Assembly: GCA_963691875.1 (NCBI GenBank)
Contig: OY829846.1
Coordinates: 1,920,001-1,984,000, forward strand
DNA: 64,000 nucleotides
Direction of reading: 5' to 3'
DNA from: Aureliella sp.
GTDB lineage: Bacteria > Planctomycetota > Planctomycetia > Pirellulales > Pirellulaceae
Under the pieces are notes generated by a model. The model made no database searches. It was not told where the DNA came from and saw only the letters and a list, made by a program, of their open reading frames with translations. The position numbers and the translations under genes were made by a program. Positions 31,871-41,340 of this stretch are shown here, piece by piece (the stretch's first letter is position 1; each line of letters starts with the position of its first letter).

Positions 31871-32844
31871 ATGGCTTTTACGAGTCAGCAGGGGCCTTGC
31901 TCCAAACGTCAAGCCAATTGCGTGACCTTGCTCTTGGGAATCTGCTTGTCGCCGTACTCGTATGGCTCGGTTTCGCAAAACTCTTTCTATTCGCCGCAAA
32001 GATTTGCAAGCAGTAGCACCCGCCCCCTAGGTACCTTACGAAAGTTCGCCAATTTCAACTGATTACTCCTTACAGCTGCCAGTCTGCTAGTTCTTAAAGT
32101 TACTGCTATCTGGTGGCCGGTCGAAATTATGCTCACGGCATGCATTAGTCTGCTTTTGCTTGCTCTGTGGGCGCTCAACAGAAACCTTACTCCGCTTCAG
32201 TTGAGCAGTCGCACCGAACAGAATAATAACGGTGACGAAGATGAGTTTGCAAGTTTGCGTGATGAAGTACGACAGCGTGACGTGACTTTGCACGCCGTGC
32301 TGGACAGCATCAATTTAGGCATTGTCGCTATCGATACCGAAGGCAAGTTCACTTGTTTCAATCATTGGACAAGAGAGATTTTCAGTCGAGGAGCGATAGC
32401 AGACTTAAAACCGTTTCGGTGGCCTGAAAACTACCCGATGCGCTACGCTCTCGAAAACTCGCCCGTGGCAGCAGATGATTACCCGCTACTCCGCGCCATG
32501 CAAGAAGAATTCGCTTCAGACTGGGAATCATTGTCGAGCGAGACGGGCACAATCACGGTTCGGCTCTTACTCGAAAACGAGCTGCAAGGTCTTGAGATCA
32601 CTGACACAGGCTTAGGCATCGACCAGGAGACCTACAGAAGCTATTCGCTCATGGTTACACAACTCGAGAATCCTGATACGGATTCGGTCTTCACAGCTGC
32701 GCGAACCTTGCCAAGGAAATAAGAGGAGCGTTAAGCGCGCCGAGCCCAGGCAAGGGGGCGACGTGCAAGCTGCAATCGCCCTTGGCAGTCACAGGCCCAA
32801 CCGAAGACCAAGAAGCTGAGGAAGCTTTCGTCCCCCGGAGATAA
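31871..32844 (+). pseudogene. Decayed PAS-domain sensor histidine kinase
   Basis: TM fragments in different frames; PAS-like VLDSINLGIVAIDTEGKFTCFN; EITDTGLGIDQE; frameshift near 32630 into LQKLFAHGYTTRES, stop TGA at 32674, then YGFGLHSCANLAKEIRGAL..PGKGAT; H-box and N-box missing. Confidence 0.82.
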
Positions 32845-33124
32845 GCACTTACATGACTAACAGACATGACTCCCCGAGCCTTATTGGTATTGACGAATGG
32901 CAATTACATTGCACTCTCCGGCGTAGGCGGTTGCATACCGTACGTTTTACTTTGTATCACACGTGCCAATGAGCAGCTTTTGCAAACTTATTACATAAAC
33001 ACGCACTCACTAATACCGTATCCCATCTGCAACCTAAGCTCGATTATGCCATGGCTTGCATCCCCCAACGATTGCTCTTGGTTTGTGCAAAACCTTGCCT
33101 ACTGAGTCCAAAGGTAGAATTACG

Positions 33125-34948
33125 ATGACTGAAAAACTAACTAGTCGTATCTTGATTGTCGACGACAACGAAGCGATCCACGAAGACTTTCACAAGATAT
33201 TGAAGTCGCGTGAGACCAAATCGCGTGCTGTCCAAGATGCATTTTTTGGTGACACGCTCGGAACCCCCTCCGATAGCCTGACCACCGACTTCGAGCTGGA
33301 ATCTGCATTGCAAGGCGAACTTGGCTTACAGGCTTTGCTCAAGGCTCAGGAAGAAGGCCGCCCATTTGACCTCGCCTTTGTCGATATGCGCATGCCACCT
33401 GGGTGGGACGGTGTCGAAACAATCCGTCGCCTTTGGGGAGCAGATCCAAGTTTGGAGATTGTCATCTGCAGCGCGTATTCGGACTACTCTTGGCACGAGA
33501 TCACAGACGAACTCGGTGTATCGGACCGTCTTCTCATTTTGAAGAAACCTTTTGACAACGTAGAGATCTTGCAGATTGCGGCTTCGCTCAGCACAAAACG
33601 CCGTCTTGCGCGCGAAAATGCTGAATACCAAAAGAACCTGGAGCAGAAGGTAGAAGAAAAGACTCAGGAACTACGCAGTGCGATGCACCGCCTGCAAGCG
33701 TCCAAGCAGTTTCTACAGAGCTCAATGGACTCATTAGACACGCAACTCGCAATCCTTAATTCCAGCGGTGAGATTCTGTTCCAGAACCTCGGCTGGGCCA
33801 TTGGACGTACACCATTGGTTGCAGAGGGGTGTTGTGAAGGCGAAAACTACCTGGAGTTTTGCTCCAAAGTTGAGGGCAGTTTTTCTGAAGTGGCGGAAAA
33901 CCTCGCAAACGCAATTCGTAAGGTCAGTGTCGGCGCGCTCGATCAGTACTTGAACGAATATACGCTCGACAACGGAAATGAGACGCCCTGGTATATGACT
34001 CGCGTCGTTCCGTTTCGGGACGACAGTCAACAACGCGTCGTCGTTCTCCACGAAAACATCACCGAGCACAAATTGCTGCAGAATCAATTGAGTTCAGCAA
34101 AGAGACTGGAGTCCATCGGACAGTTGACTGTGGAAATTGTAAATGAGATCAACGAACCAGTTCAAAATGTCGAGCGGAATCTAGACTCGCTGGCCGTTCA
34201 GAACGCCCAGTTGCTCGATTACATTGATCTCGCGCTCACGTTAGTCAGTGAAAGCCAGGAGCAGGGATTCGCTCCGGAAATCACAGAGAAGCTTTCGGCA
34301 TTGAGCCAGGAAAGACAACTTCAATTGATACGAGCAGATATTCCCGCAACAATTCGCGAATCGCAAGACGGCATCCGCCAGGTCACCGAGGTCGTTGGAG
34401 CAATGAGCGAACTGTCCCTTGTATCCAGTGAGGGCCTCCAACTCGTCGACCTCAATCGAGTACTTGAGACGACGAAAGCAGTTTCAGCTAGCCATTGGAA
34501 AGAGTTCGCAACATGTGACTTGGAACTGGCCCCCAAGGTAGATGCTGTAGATGGTTTTCAGGCGGAGCTACATAACGTGTTTCTCAACATAATTCGCAAT
34601 GCGGCTCAATCGATCGAGAAGAAATTTGGAACCGCAAGCAATGAAGGACGAATCACTCTTCGCACGAAACAAGAGCAAGGTTTTGTTCGTGTGGAAATCG
34701 AAGACAACGGCGTTGGTATCCCTGACGAACACGAAGATCATATCTCTAAAACTTTCGATAAAACGAAAGAAATCGGACAAGGCAACGGACAAGGCCTCTC
34801 CATTGCTTACCAAACCATCGTGGAAAAGATGGGAGGCCGCATCGAATTCGAATCTTCGGTTGGATGGGGTACAAAGTTCATCACCGATCTGCCAGCAACC
34901 AGCGCCAACTACCCCTTGGTAGACTGCGAAGTCAGTCTGAATGGCTAG
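33125..34948 (+). CDS. Hybrid REC-PAS-HisKA-HATPase protein with degenerate H-box
   Basis: ILIVDDN, AFVDMRMPPGWDG, KKPFD; SIGQLTVEIVNEINEP; NIIRNAA, DNGVGI, GNGQGL. Confidence 0.9.
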   Translation: MTEKLTSRILIVDDNEAIHEDFHKILKSRETKSRAVQDAFFGDTLGTPSDSLTTDFELESALQGELGLQALLKAQEEGRPFDLAFVDMRMPPGWDGVETIRRLWGADPSLEIVICSAYSDYSWHEITDELGVSDRLLILKKPFDNVEILQIAASLSTKRRLARENAEYQKNLEQKVEEKTQELRSAMHRLQASKQFLQSSMDSLDTQLAILNSSGEILFQNLGWAIGRTPLVAEGCCEGENYLEFCSKVEGSFSEVAENLANAIRKVSVGALDQYLNEYTLDNGNETPWYMTRVVPFRDDSQQRVVVLHENITEHKLLQNQLSSAKRLESIGQLTVEIVNEINEPVQNVERNLDSLAVQNAQLLDYIDLALTLVSESQEQGFAPEITEKLSALSQERQLQLIRADIPATIRESQDGIRQVTEVVGAMSELSLVSSEGLQLVDLNRVLETTKAVSASHWKEFATCDLELAPKVDAVDGFQAELHNVFLNIIRNAAQSIEKKFGTASNEGRITLRTKQEQGFVRVEIEDNGVGIPDEHEDHISKTFDKTKEIGQGNGQGLSIAYQTIVEKMGGRIEFESSVGWGTKFITDLPATSANYPLVDCEVSLNG

Positions 34949-35156
34949 CATCAGATCAATCCGGAAGGAAGCTTTAGCACGTATCCTCACTTCTAGTTGG
35001 AAGCGTGCGCTGGGCTGCCCTCTCTTCCCTACATTTCGTCTTGCTTCGCTTGCAAGTACGCTCGCGTTTCCACTTCCTCCCCTAGATCGACTTGCGGCGC
35101 CAGCAGTTTTCGCTCCAATCAAATGGATTGCGTCATCATGACAATGCGGAGCAATT

Positions 35157-36410
35157 ATGGCAAAGAAGATTTACGCGCTGGCCACGTTGGATACCAAAGG
35201 CTCAGAGCTTGAGTTTCTCGTTTCTCAATTGAAGCAAGCGATTGCGAAGGCTGGTGCAGCCAACCATTTTGAGATCCAAGTCGTAGATGTCAGCACATTG
35301 AATCCGACTGACTCAACCGACATCAGCACGGCTGAAATCTTGCGAGGCACCGAACTTCCCACGCACGATCGTGGCTCTGCCATTGCTACGATGGCTACGG
35401 CTTTGAAAGACTGGATCCTCTTTCAACCAAAAAGAAACGACTTGGCTGGCATGGTCGGAATTGGTGGCAGCGGCGGTACGGCTCTTATCACTGCAGCCAT
35501 GCGAGCACTGCCCATCGGTATCCCTAAAGTGATGCTCTCCACAATGGCAAGCGGCAACACCGCACCTTACGTTGACTGCTCCGACATCACGATGCTGTAC
35601 TCCGTAGTTGATGTCGCTGGTTTGAACGTGGTATCACGTAAAGTGCTGAGTAATGCTGCCAACGCTTTAGCAGGTATGGTGCTCGGGCAACAACAGGAAT
35701 CTGCGGAACCAAGTAGACCGACACTAGGCATGACGATGTTCGGCGTCACCACTCCTTGCGTAACGCGGGTTCGTAAACGAATGGAAAACCTTGGTTTCGA
35801 CTGCCTCGTGTTCCACGCCACCGGATCGGGAGGGCGCGCAATGGAGAAACTGGTCGATTCAGGAATGATACAAGGCGTGATCGACGTTACCACCACAGAA
35901 GTTGCCGACGAGATCGCAGGAGGAATAATGCCTGCAGGAGAGCAACGGTTTGAAGCAACTTTGAAAGCCGAGATCCCATTCGTGCTCAGCTTGGGCGCGC
36001 TAGATATGGTCAACTTTGGCAGCGTGGAATCTGTCCCAGGAGAATATCAATCGCGACAACTGTTGAGCCACAACCCTCAGGTCACATTGATGCGAACGAA
36101 TGTAGAAGAAAATCATGCGATCGCGCGTTGGATAACGCAAAAGCTAAATCAGTCGACAGCGCCAGTTACTGTTTGCGTTCCAGAAGGCGGGCTATCATCA
36201 CTCGATGTTCACCATCAACCGTTCTACTCTGCAGAAATTCGAACTTCGCTAGTACGGGAGCTCGACAAGACCCTAAGTCAAAACTCTTCGCGACGGTTGC
36301 TACGACACCCAGATCATATTAACTCAACCGCTTTCGCAGACTTGCTGGCCGACACTTTTGTCACAGCATGGAAGTCAAAGCACGGTACCGTCCCTCACGT
36401 CAGTCATTAG
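35157..36410 (+). CDS. Tm-1-like ATP-binding domain protein (UPF0261)
   Basis: [65 protein letters not shown]. Confidence 0.92.
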   Translation: MAKKIYALATLDTKGSELEFLVSQLKQAIAKAGAANHFEIQVVDVSTLNPTDSTDISTAEILRGTELPTHDRGSAIATMATALKDWILFQPKRNDLAGMVGIGGSGGTALITAAMRALPIGIPKVMLSTMASGNTAPYVDCSDITMLYSVVDVAGLNVVSRKVLSNAANALAGMVLGQQQESAEPSRPTLGMTMFGVTTPCVTRVRKRMENLGFDCLVFHATGSGGRAMEKLVDSGMIQGVIDVTTTEVADEIAGGIMPAGEQRFEATLKAEIPFVLSLGALDMVNFGSVESVPGEYQSRQLLSHNPQVTLMRTNVEENHAIARWITQKLNQSTAPVTVCVPEGGLSSLDVHHQPFYSAEIRTSLVRELDKTLSQNSSRRLLRHPDHINSTAFADLLADTFVTAWKSKHGTVPHVSH

Positions 36411-36444
36411 TCTGCCACAACGTTCAAGCCCGCATTTTCAAACC

Positions 36445-37278
36445 ATGACTAGCACTAGAACTTCTATCATCGATGACCTGACTCGCAAAGTTGAATCTGG
36501 GCTGCCCATTATCGGCGGTGGCGCAGGAACCGGTATCAGTGCGAAATGCGAAGAAGCTGGCGGTATTGATCTGATCGTAATTTACAATTCTGGTCGGTTT
36601 CGGATGGCCGGACGAGGGTCTCTTGCGGGCTTGATGCCCTACGGAAATGCGAACCAGATCGTAAAAGAGATGGGTTACGAAGTTCTGACTGCTGTAGAAC
36701 AAACACCGGTGCTCGCTGGAGTTTGCGGAACCGATCCATTCATGCTCCGCGATTGTTTTTTGCGAGAACTTAAGGAAATGGGCTTCGCGGGCATTCAGAA
36801 TTTCCCGACGGTTGGATTGATCGATGGAGTCTTTCGAGAAAACCTCGAAGAAACGGGAATGGGTTTTGCCAAGGAGATCGAGTGCATCGCCGCGGCTCAT
36901 TCGCTCGATATGCTAACGACTCCGTACGCTTTCGACGCCGAACAAGCAAAGCTACTGACCAAAGCTGGCGCGGACATTATTGTGGCGCACATGGGGCTGA
37001 CAACTAGCGGATCGATTGGAGCTAAGACCGCGTTGTCTCTAGTGGATTGCGTTCCAAGAGTTCAGGCTATTGCCGACGCAGCAAAATCGACTCGCAGCGA
37101 CGTACTTGTTCTATGCCACGGCGGCCCCATCGCAATGCCCGAGGATGCGCAGTTCGTGCTCGATCGGGTTCATGGCATCGACGGATTCTATGGAGCAAGT
37201 TCCATGGAGCGATTGCCGACTGAAATTGCCCTGACCGACCAAGTACGACGTTTCACTGACATCCGCCGCACACATTGA
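36445..37278 (+). CDS. TIM-barrel signal transduction / phosphoenolpyruvate hydrolase-like protein
   Basis: [66 protein letters not shown]. Confidence 0.92.
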   Translation: MTSTRTSIIDDLTRKVESGLPIIGGGAGTGISAKCEEAGGIDLIVIYNSGRFRMAGRGSLAGLMPYGNANQIVKEMGYEVLTAVEQTPVLAGVCGTDPFMLRDCFLRELKEMGFAGIQNFPTVGLIDGVFRENLEETGMGFAKEIECIAAAHSLDMLTTPYAFDAEQAKLLTKAGADIIVAHMGLTTSGSIGAKTALSLVDCVPRVQAIADAAKSTRSDVLVLCHGGPIAMPEDAQFVLDRVHGIDGFYGASSMERLPTEIALTDQVRRFTDIRRTH

Positions 37279-37367
37279 ACGGCAACGACAGGTGATCCGC
37301 TGGTCTGGCCGCGATCCATCCAGCTCACCCGCGAAACGGCTCACGGCTCACTTAGATCAACAGCCTA

Positions 37368-37865
37368 CTAGCGGTTGAACTTGGCCATCTGAGCCGACGC
37401 CTTCGCGACAATCTCGCTGATATCAACTTGCTTGGCATCTGCCCAAAGCGTTTCCAAGTCGTAGAACTCGCGAGTCTCTTCGTCAAACAAGTGCACGACG
37501 ATGCTGCCAAAGTCCATGACGATCCAGCGACTCTCTTCGTAGCCCGCGATACTCATTCGACGCTCGCCGAATTCATTCTTCATCGCCACGTCGATTTCAC
37601 TACTCATCGCCGAAAGCTGCCTGCGACTAGATCCAGACGCAATCACAAAGAAATCGAAAAGCGCCGTTTGACCAGTCACATCCAACAGCATAATATCTTG
37701 GCCGCGATTCTCAGCAGCGGCTTTGACGACGGATTGAGCCAAACGCAACGAGTACTCAACCTGCTCTGAGGGCACTCGACTTGCCATCCGTTCAGATTGC
37801 GGCAAGGGGGCTGCAGGTGGCTTCAGGAGCTTTTCGCGGTTCGGGTCCTGATTCGGTTGACTCAT
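37368..37865 (-). CDS. rsfS: Ribosome silencing factor
   Basis: RGQDIMLLDV, FDFFVIASGSSRRQ, WIVMDFGSIVVHLF, REFYDLETLW. Confidence 0.93.
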   Translation of the reverse strand: MSQPNQDPNREKLLKPPAAPLPQSERMASRVPSEQVEYSLRLAQSVVKAAAENRGQDIMLLDVTGQTALFDFFVIASGSSRRQLSAMSSEIDVAMKNEFGERRMSIAGYEESRWIVMDFGSIVVHLFDEETREFYDLETLWADAKQVDISEIVAKASAQMAKFNR

Positions 37866-38194
37866 GGGAAATCGGCAAAAATACAATGGCATTGTGCGGT
37901 CCGGTGCCACACTTCTGTACTGGAGACGGAATTATACCGGAATTGTTGACCTTCGAAACGCTAAACCAGAGGTACAAGGGCGAATCCGAGATCCATTCCG
38001 TAAAGCTCCATCTTCTAGCCTCCTGAGCTTTCAACCCCGGCAAGAGGATTTCTTAGTTCGTCCAGACGACACCGTCTTCAGCTGACTTTGCAGATGCATT
38101 CTGTTCGGCGTGCATTTCACTTCCAGTCTCTGGACGAGAGACTTTGTCCAGCGTAGGATTCCCAGACCCCATACGCAAAGAACGAGACAGCACG

Positions 38195-38509
38195 ATGCCA
38201 GAAGAACCAATCATTCCAGTTCAACTTGTCAAAGTGATGCACGAGGCCGAAGCAGGACTCATCATCAGTACCTTGGCCAGCCATGGGATCGAAGCCCAAT
38301 CCACCGGCGACTACACCTCCGGGCTGCGAGCAGAAGCACCAACAATGATCCAAGTTTGGGTGAATCGAGTCGATTTGATAGAGGCTAGACAAATTCTGGC
38401 TACGATTAAAGAAGATTCTTCACAGATCGACTGGGGCGAAGTGGATACTGGCGATCGAACGGAATTGACTTCAGATGAAATTCAGGCGAACCAAGATACA
38501 GAGTCCTAG
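38195..38509 (+). CDS. DUF2007-like putative signal-transducing protein
   Basis: EAEAGLIISTLASHGIEA...IQVWVNRVDLIEARQIL pattern; acidic IDWGEVD tail. Confidence 0.75.
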   Translation: MPEEPIIPVQLVKVMHEAEAGLIISTLASHGIEAQSTGDYTSGLRAEAPTMIQVWVNRVDLIEARQILATIKEDSSQIDWGEVDTGDRTELTSDEIQANQDTES

Positions 38510-38537
38510 CGAACTGGCGTCTACTGCAGACTTCAGC

Positions 38538-39254
38538 TTAGAAGCGAATGTTGCTCGGGCTATTCTTCTTTTTCGCGTCTTCTTTCTTCTTCGCTAAGAT
38601 CTTCTCGTACCGAGCCACAATGTCTGGCGTCAGTGAATCCATCGCCATGCGATAGTAAACGCGAGCTGAAACGATTCGACCAGCCTTCTCTGCCTTCTGC
38701 CCCTCTTCGATATAGTAACGAACATCATCCTCGCGAAGCGACTTGACTGCAGCAGGTTGAAATCCCAACTTGTGTCCAACCAACGCTCGCGTGTAGGCGT
38801 TGGAATCAGTCGCCGTGATACCAGTCGGCAAGTCGTTTGGCTGACCAACCGAAAGAATCTTACGTGGAGCTCCCACGATTCGAGGAGCCATTGTCAAAGG
38901 TTGCTTGGGAGCGAGTGGCCCAGCATTAATCTTCGGTGCAGTCTCAGGTTTATCCGAAATGGGTGCGTTGAGAAGTGCTTCGTCCAGAGCGTTGAGATCA
39001 ATGATAGTCACACTAACGCTCATCGACCGCCCGCCAAGACTGTTTCCCGCAGTGCGTCGACCGAACGGGCCAAAGCCACGTGAGACGCTCGAACTCTGAC
39101 GACCGAGATTGCCGCCCAAAACGGCCGTGCCACCATCGGGAACCAAAGCAGATCCGGCGTATCCAAAGTTGCGAACAACAGGCTGCTGGACAACTTGTGC
39201 TTGGGCTTCAGCCGCAATCAAACTCAGAGCTAGAAGAACCGCAACAAACCGCAT
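38538..39254 (-). CDS. Secreted hypothetical protein with a secretin-C-terminus-like segment
   Basis: Signal peptide (AQA/Q); VQQPVVRNF...SALVPDGGTAVLGG...SVSVTIID; C-terminal TPR-like helix (ARVYYRMA). Confidence 0.75.
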   Translation of the reverse strand: MRFVAVLLALSLIAAEAQAQVVQQPVVRNFGYAGSALVPDGGTAVLGGNLGRQSSSVSRGFGPFGRRTAGNSLGGRSMSVSVTIIDLNALDEALLNAPISDKPETAPKINAGPLAPKQPLTMAPRIVGAPRKILSVGQPNDLPTGITATDSNAYTRALVGHKLGFQPAAVKSLREDDVRYYIEEGQKAEKAGRIVSARVYYRMAMDSLTPDIVARYEKILAKKKEDAKKKNSPSNIRF

Positions 39255-39473
39255 CTCAAATACCTTTATTTCTTACAGGACTGCCGTAAGTCAGCTGATA
39301 TTATAGATTGCCAATGACTTACTCGCGACGGAAATCTGCTCGCGAACTCTCTTTCCGGCCCCAGAATCTGGCCTTCAGTACTCAGATTGCCACCCGATCG
39401 CAAATCCGGACAGCCGCCAACGAGCAGGGCAGCGCATAAACTTGTCCGGTATTTTGTATTACCTCGCCGATCC

Positions 39474-40565
39474 TCACCGAGGAAAGAAATCTTCTGGTTC
39501 AACTTCGATGAAATCGTCCTCTGAAGTCGGAACACCGCCCGATTCCTCGATCTCCTCCATCTCAAGCGGCTCGTCCGAGGTTTTGGGGCCAGGAAGAGCC
39601 AACATCCTGTGTTGCGGCAAAGGATCTGCTTGATAAGGATTGTGCTTCCGCGTCCAGCGGCGGAACCAGGTGAAATCCTCGGGCTTCGTAAAAGCCAGCA
39701 AGCCCAGCATCATGATCCACTGAAACAAAAAGAGGTGCATCGAGTACTCCATACTCAGATGTAAGATAATGCCTAACACAATGCCCGCGCAGCGTGTCCG
39801 GGAAAAGAAGAGCAGAAAAGGCAAACAGGCTTCGACGACCATAGCTCCCCAAGTGGTGAGACGAATCAGCCATTCCGTTTCCATTAGAAAAGCCGGCAGC
39901 GGGCCACGTCCAAAGTTGTCGTGCATTTGATAGACGTAATAGACCGCTGAGCCGTCTTGCCAAGTCGGACTCAACATCTTGGAGCAGGCGGCTGAAAGGT
40001 AGATGATCGCCATCTGGATTTGAACCAGTCGAATCGGCCAAGCTGCCTCACTACACCTGGGAATTCTAGAGGCGACGGGCTCAAGAAGACGCGTCACCGA
40101 GTAGCATCGATCGAGTGGCATCCAAATCAGAAAAAAAGCGAACAATCTGAAAACGGAATCTTCGCCATCACCAATGAGCGAATTTCGATTTTGAAAACTT
40201 ACCAACCAAAAAAAGATAAAAGCTGCTTGCAACTGCCCAAAGCACCCGAGCGTCAATAGGACTGCGTTGAGGAGCATGATCGTCAAACAAATGGTGATAA
40301 AACCTGGATTCGGCTCAACCCAAAAGAATATCGACCACATTGTCGCTGGCTGATTGGCGGTGATCGTCTCAACTGAAACAACGCCTTGATTTGAGAACCA
40401 GAAATGTGCGTCTCGCAACCACACGAGTCCGTAGACCAAGACGAGTAAGCCGAACCCGACTCTCAGCAACGCGCAAGTTTGCAGAGCACATCCATCAAAC
40501 AGCCATGCCTCAAAGAAGGCACTCCAACTTCTTTTCTCCTTCACGGTAGCTTGGCCCTCGGCCAA
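39474..40565 (-). CDS. HTTM domain membrane protein (VKGC/SdpB-like)
   Basis: LLRVGFG, RNSLIGDGED, RLVQIQMAIIYLSAACSK...WQDGSAV, E..LP, ILHLSM; multiple TM helices. Confidence 0.88.
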   Translation of the reverse strand: MAEGQATVKEKRSWSAFFEAWLFDGCALQTCALLRVGFGLLVLVYGLVWLRDAHFWFSNQGVVSVETITANQPATMWSIFFWVEPNPGFITICLTIMLLNAVLLTLGCFGQLQAAFIFFWLVSFQNRNSLIGDGEDSVFRLFAFFLIWMPLDRCYSVTRLLEPVASRIPRCSEAAWPIRLVQIQMAIIYLSAACSKMLSPTWQDGSAVYYVYQMHDNFGRGPLPAFLMETEWLIRLTTWGAMVVEACLPFLLFFSRTRCAGIVLGIILHLSMEYSMHLFLFQWIMMLGLLAFTKPEDFTWFRRWTRKHNPYQADPLPQHRMLALPGPKTSDEPLEMEEIEESGGVPTSEDDFIEVEPEDFFPR

Positions 40566-41149
40566 GTGATCGGAGGTGGCTCTGCCAGTGCCTCCAAGTC
40601 GACGTCAGCCCACGGATCATACAGTTGCCGACTTTCTGTCACCCAGACGAATTCGTCAGGATCGAGGATTTCACCTTTGGCGGGTAAGGTTAACTCAAGA
40701 TTGTTTGCAAACAGCTCTACCTTCAACTCACCTGTTAATTCCGTCTCACGCTGTGCGGCCATGTAATTCGCGAAATCCGCTGCGGCCTCGCGGTGCAATG
40801 GCGAACACATGCGAATGTAGTAATTCATATGCCTAAACTGCACAAACTTTTGCACCCCGGATACTTCTTGCCAGTACGGCGAGTTCCAGGTGTCTCGCTT
40901 TATCCCCTGTTCGTCATAGAAATCAGCGGACAGCCACAAGTACTTCACCGAGGGCTTGGCATACATGGACCAGGGTCCTTGCCAGATTCCAAGTATCTGC
41001 CCCGTACGAATCTGAACACTCCGAAGCGGCCCCTTGGGCGCAATCGGATCCGGAAGCGCATCAATGCCTGAGACTAGCAAGAAGGCAGGAACAGCGCACA
41101 GGATGGCTCGCCGTTTCCAGATTCGAAACTTGTCCTGCTCTTGGTCCAT
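40541..41149 (-). CDS. Single-TM partner of the HTTM protein (SdpA/DUF5819-like)
   Basis: N-terminal TM; GIWQGPWSMYAKP resembles the QxWxMFAP motif of HTTM partners; overlaps the HTTM start. Confidence 0.7.
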   Translation of the reverse strand: MDQEQDKFRIWKRRAILCAVPAFLLVSGIDALPDPIAPKGPLRSVQIRTGQILGIWQGPWSMYAKPSVKYLWLSADFYDEQGIKRDTWNSPYWQEVSGVQKFVQFRHMNYYIRMCSPLHREAAADFANYMAAQRETELTGELKVELFANNLELTLPAKGEILDPDEFVWVTESRQLYDPWADVDLEALAEPPPITWPRAKLP

Positions 41150-41340
41150 CGAAAAAGTTTACGTCCAAAAAGGTAGCCTACTTCAAGTCAGAAAATCCTA
41201 CGTGATTCCGACAGCGTATTCCGACTCTGAAGCGTAGTGTCTGAAACAACTCGCCCCTTAAGCGGGCTTTGGTCGACCTTAAAGGATTGTAGCGATTAGA
41301 AAGCAGCTTGGCGCGGTCGACACTTCTCGTCACTGGCCGG

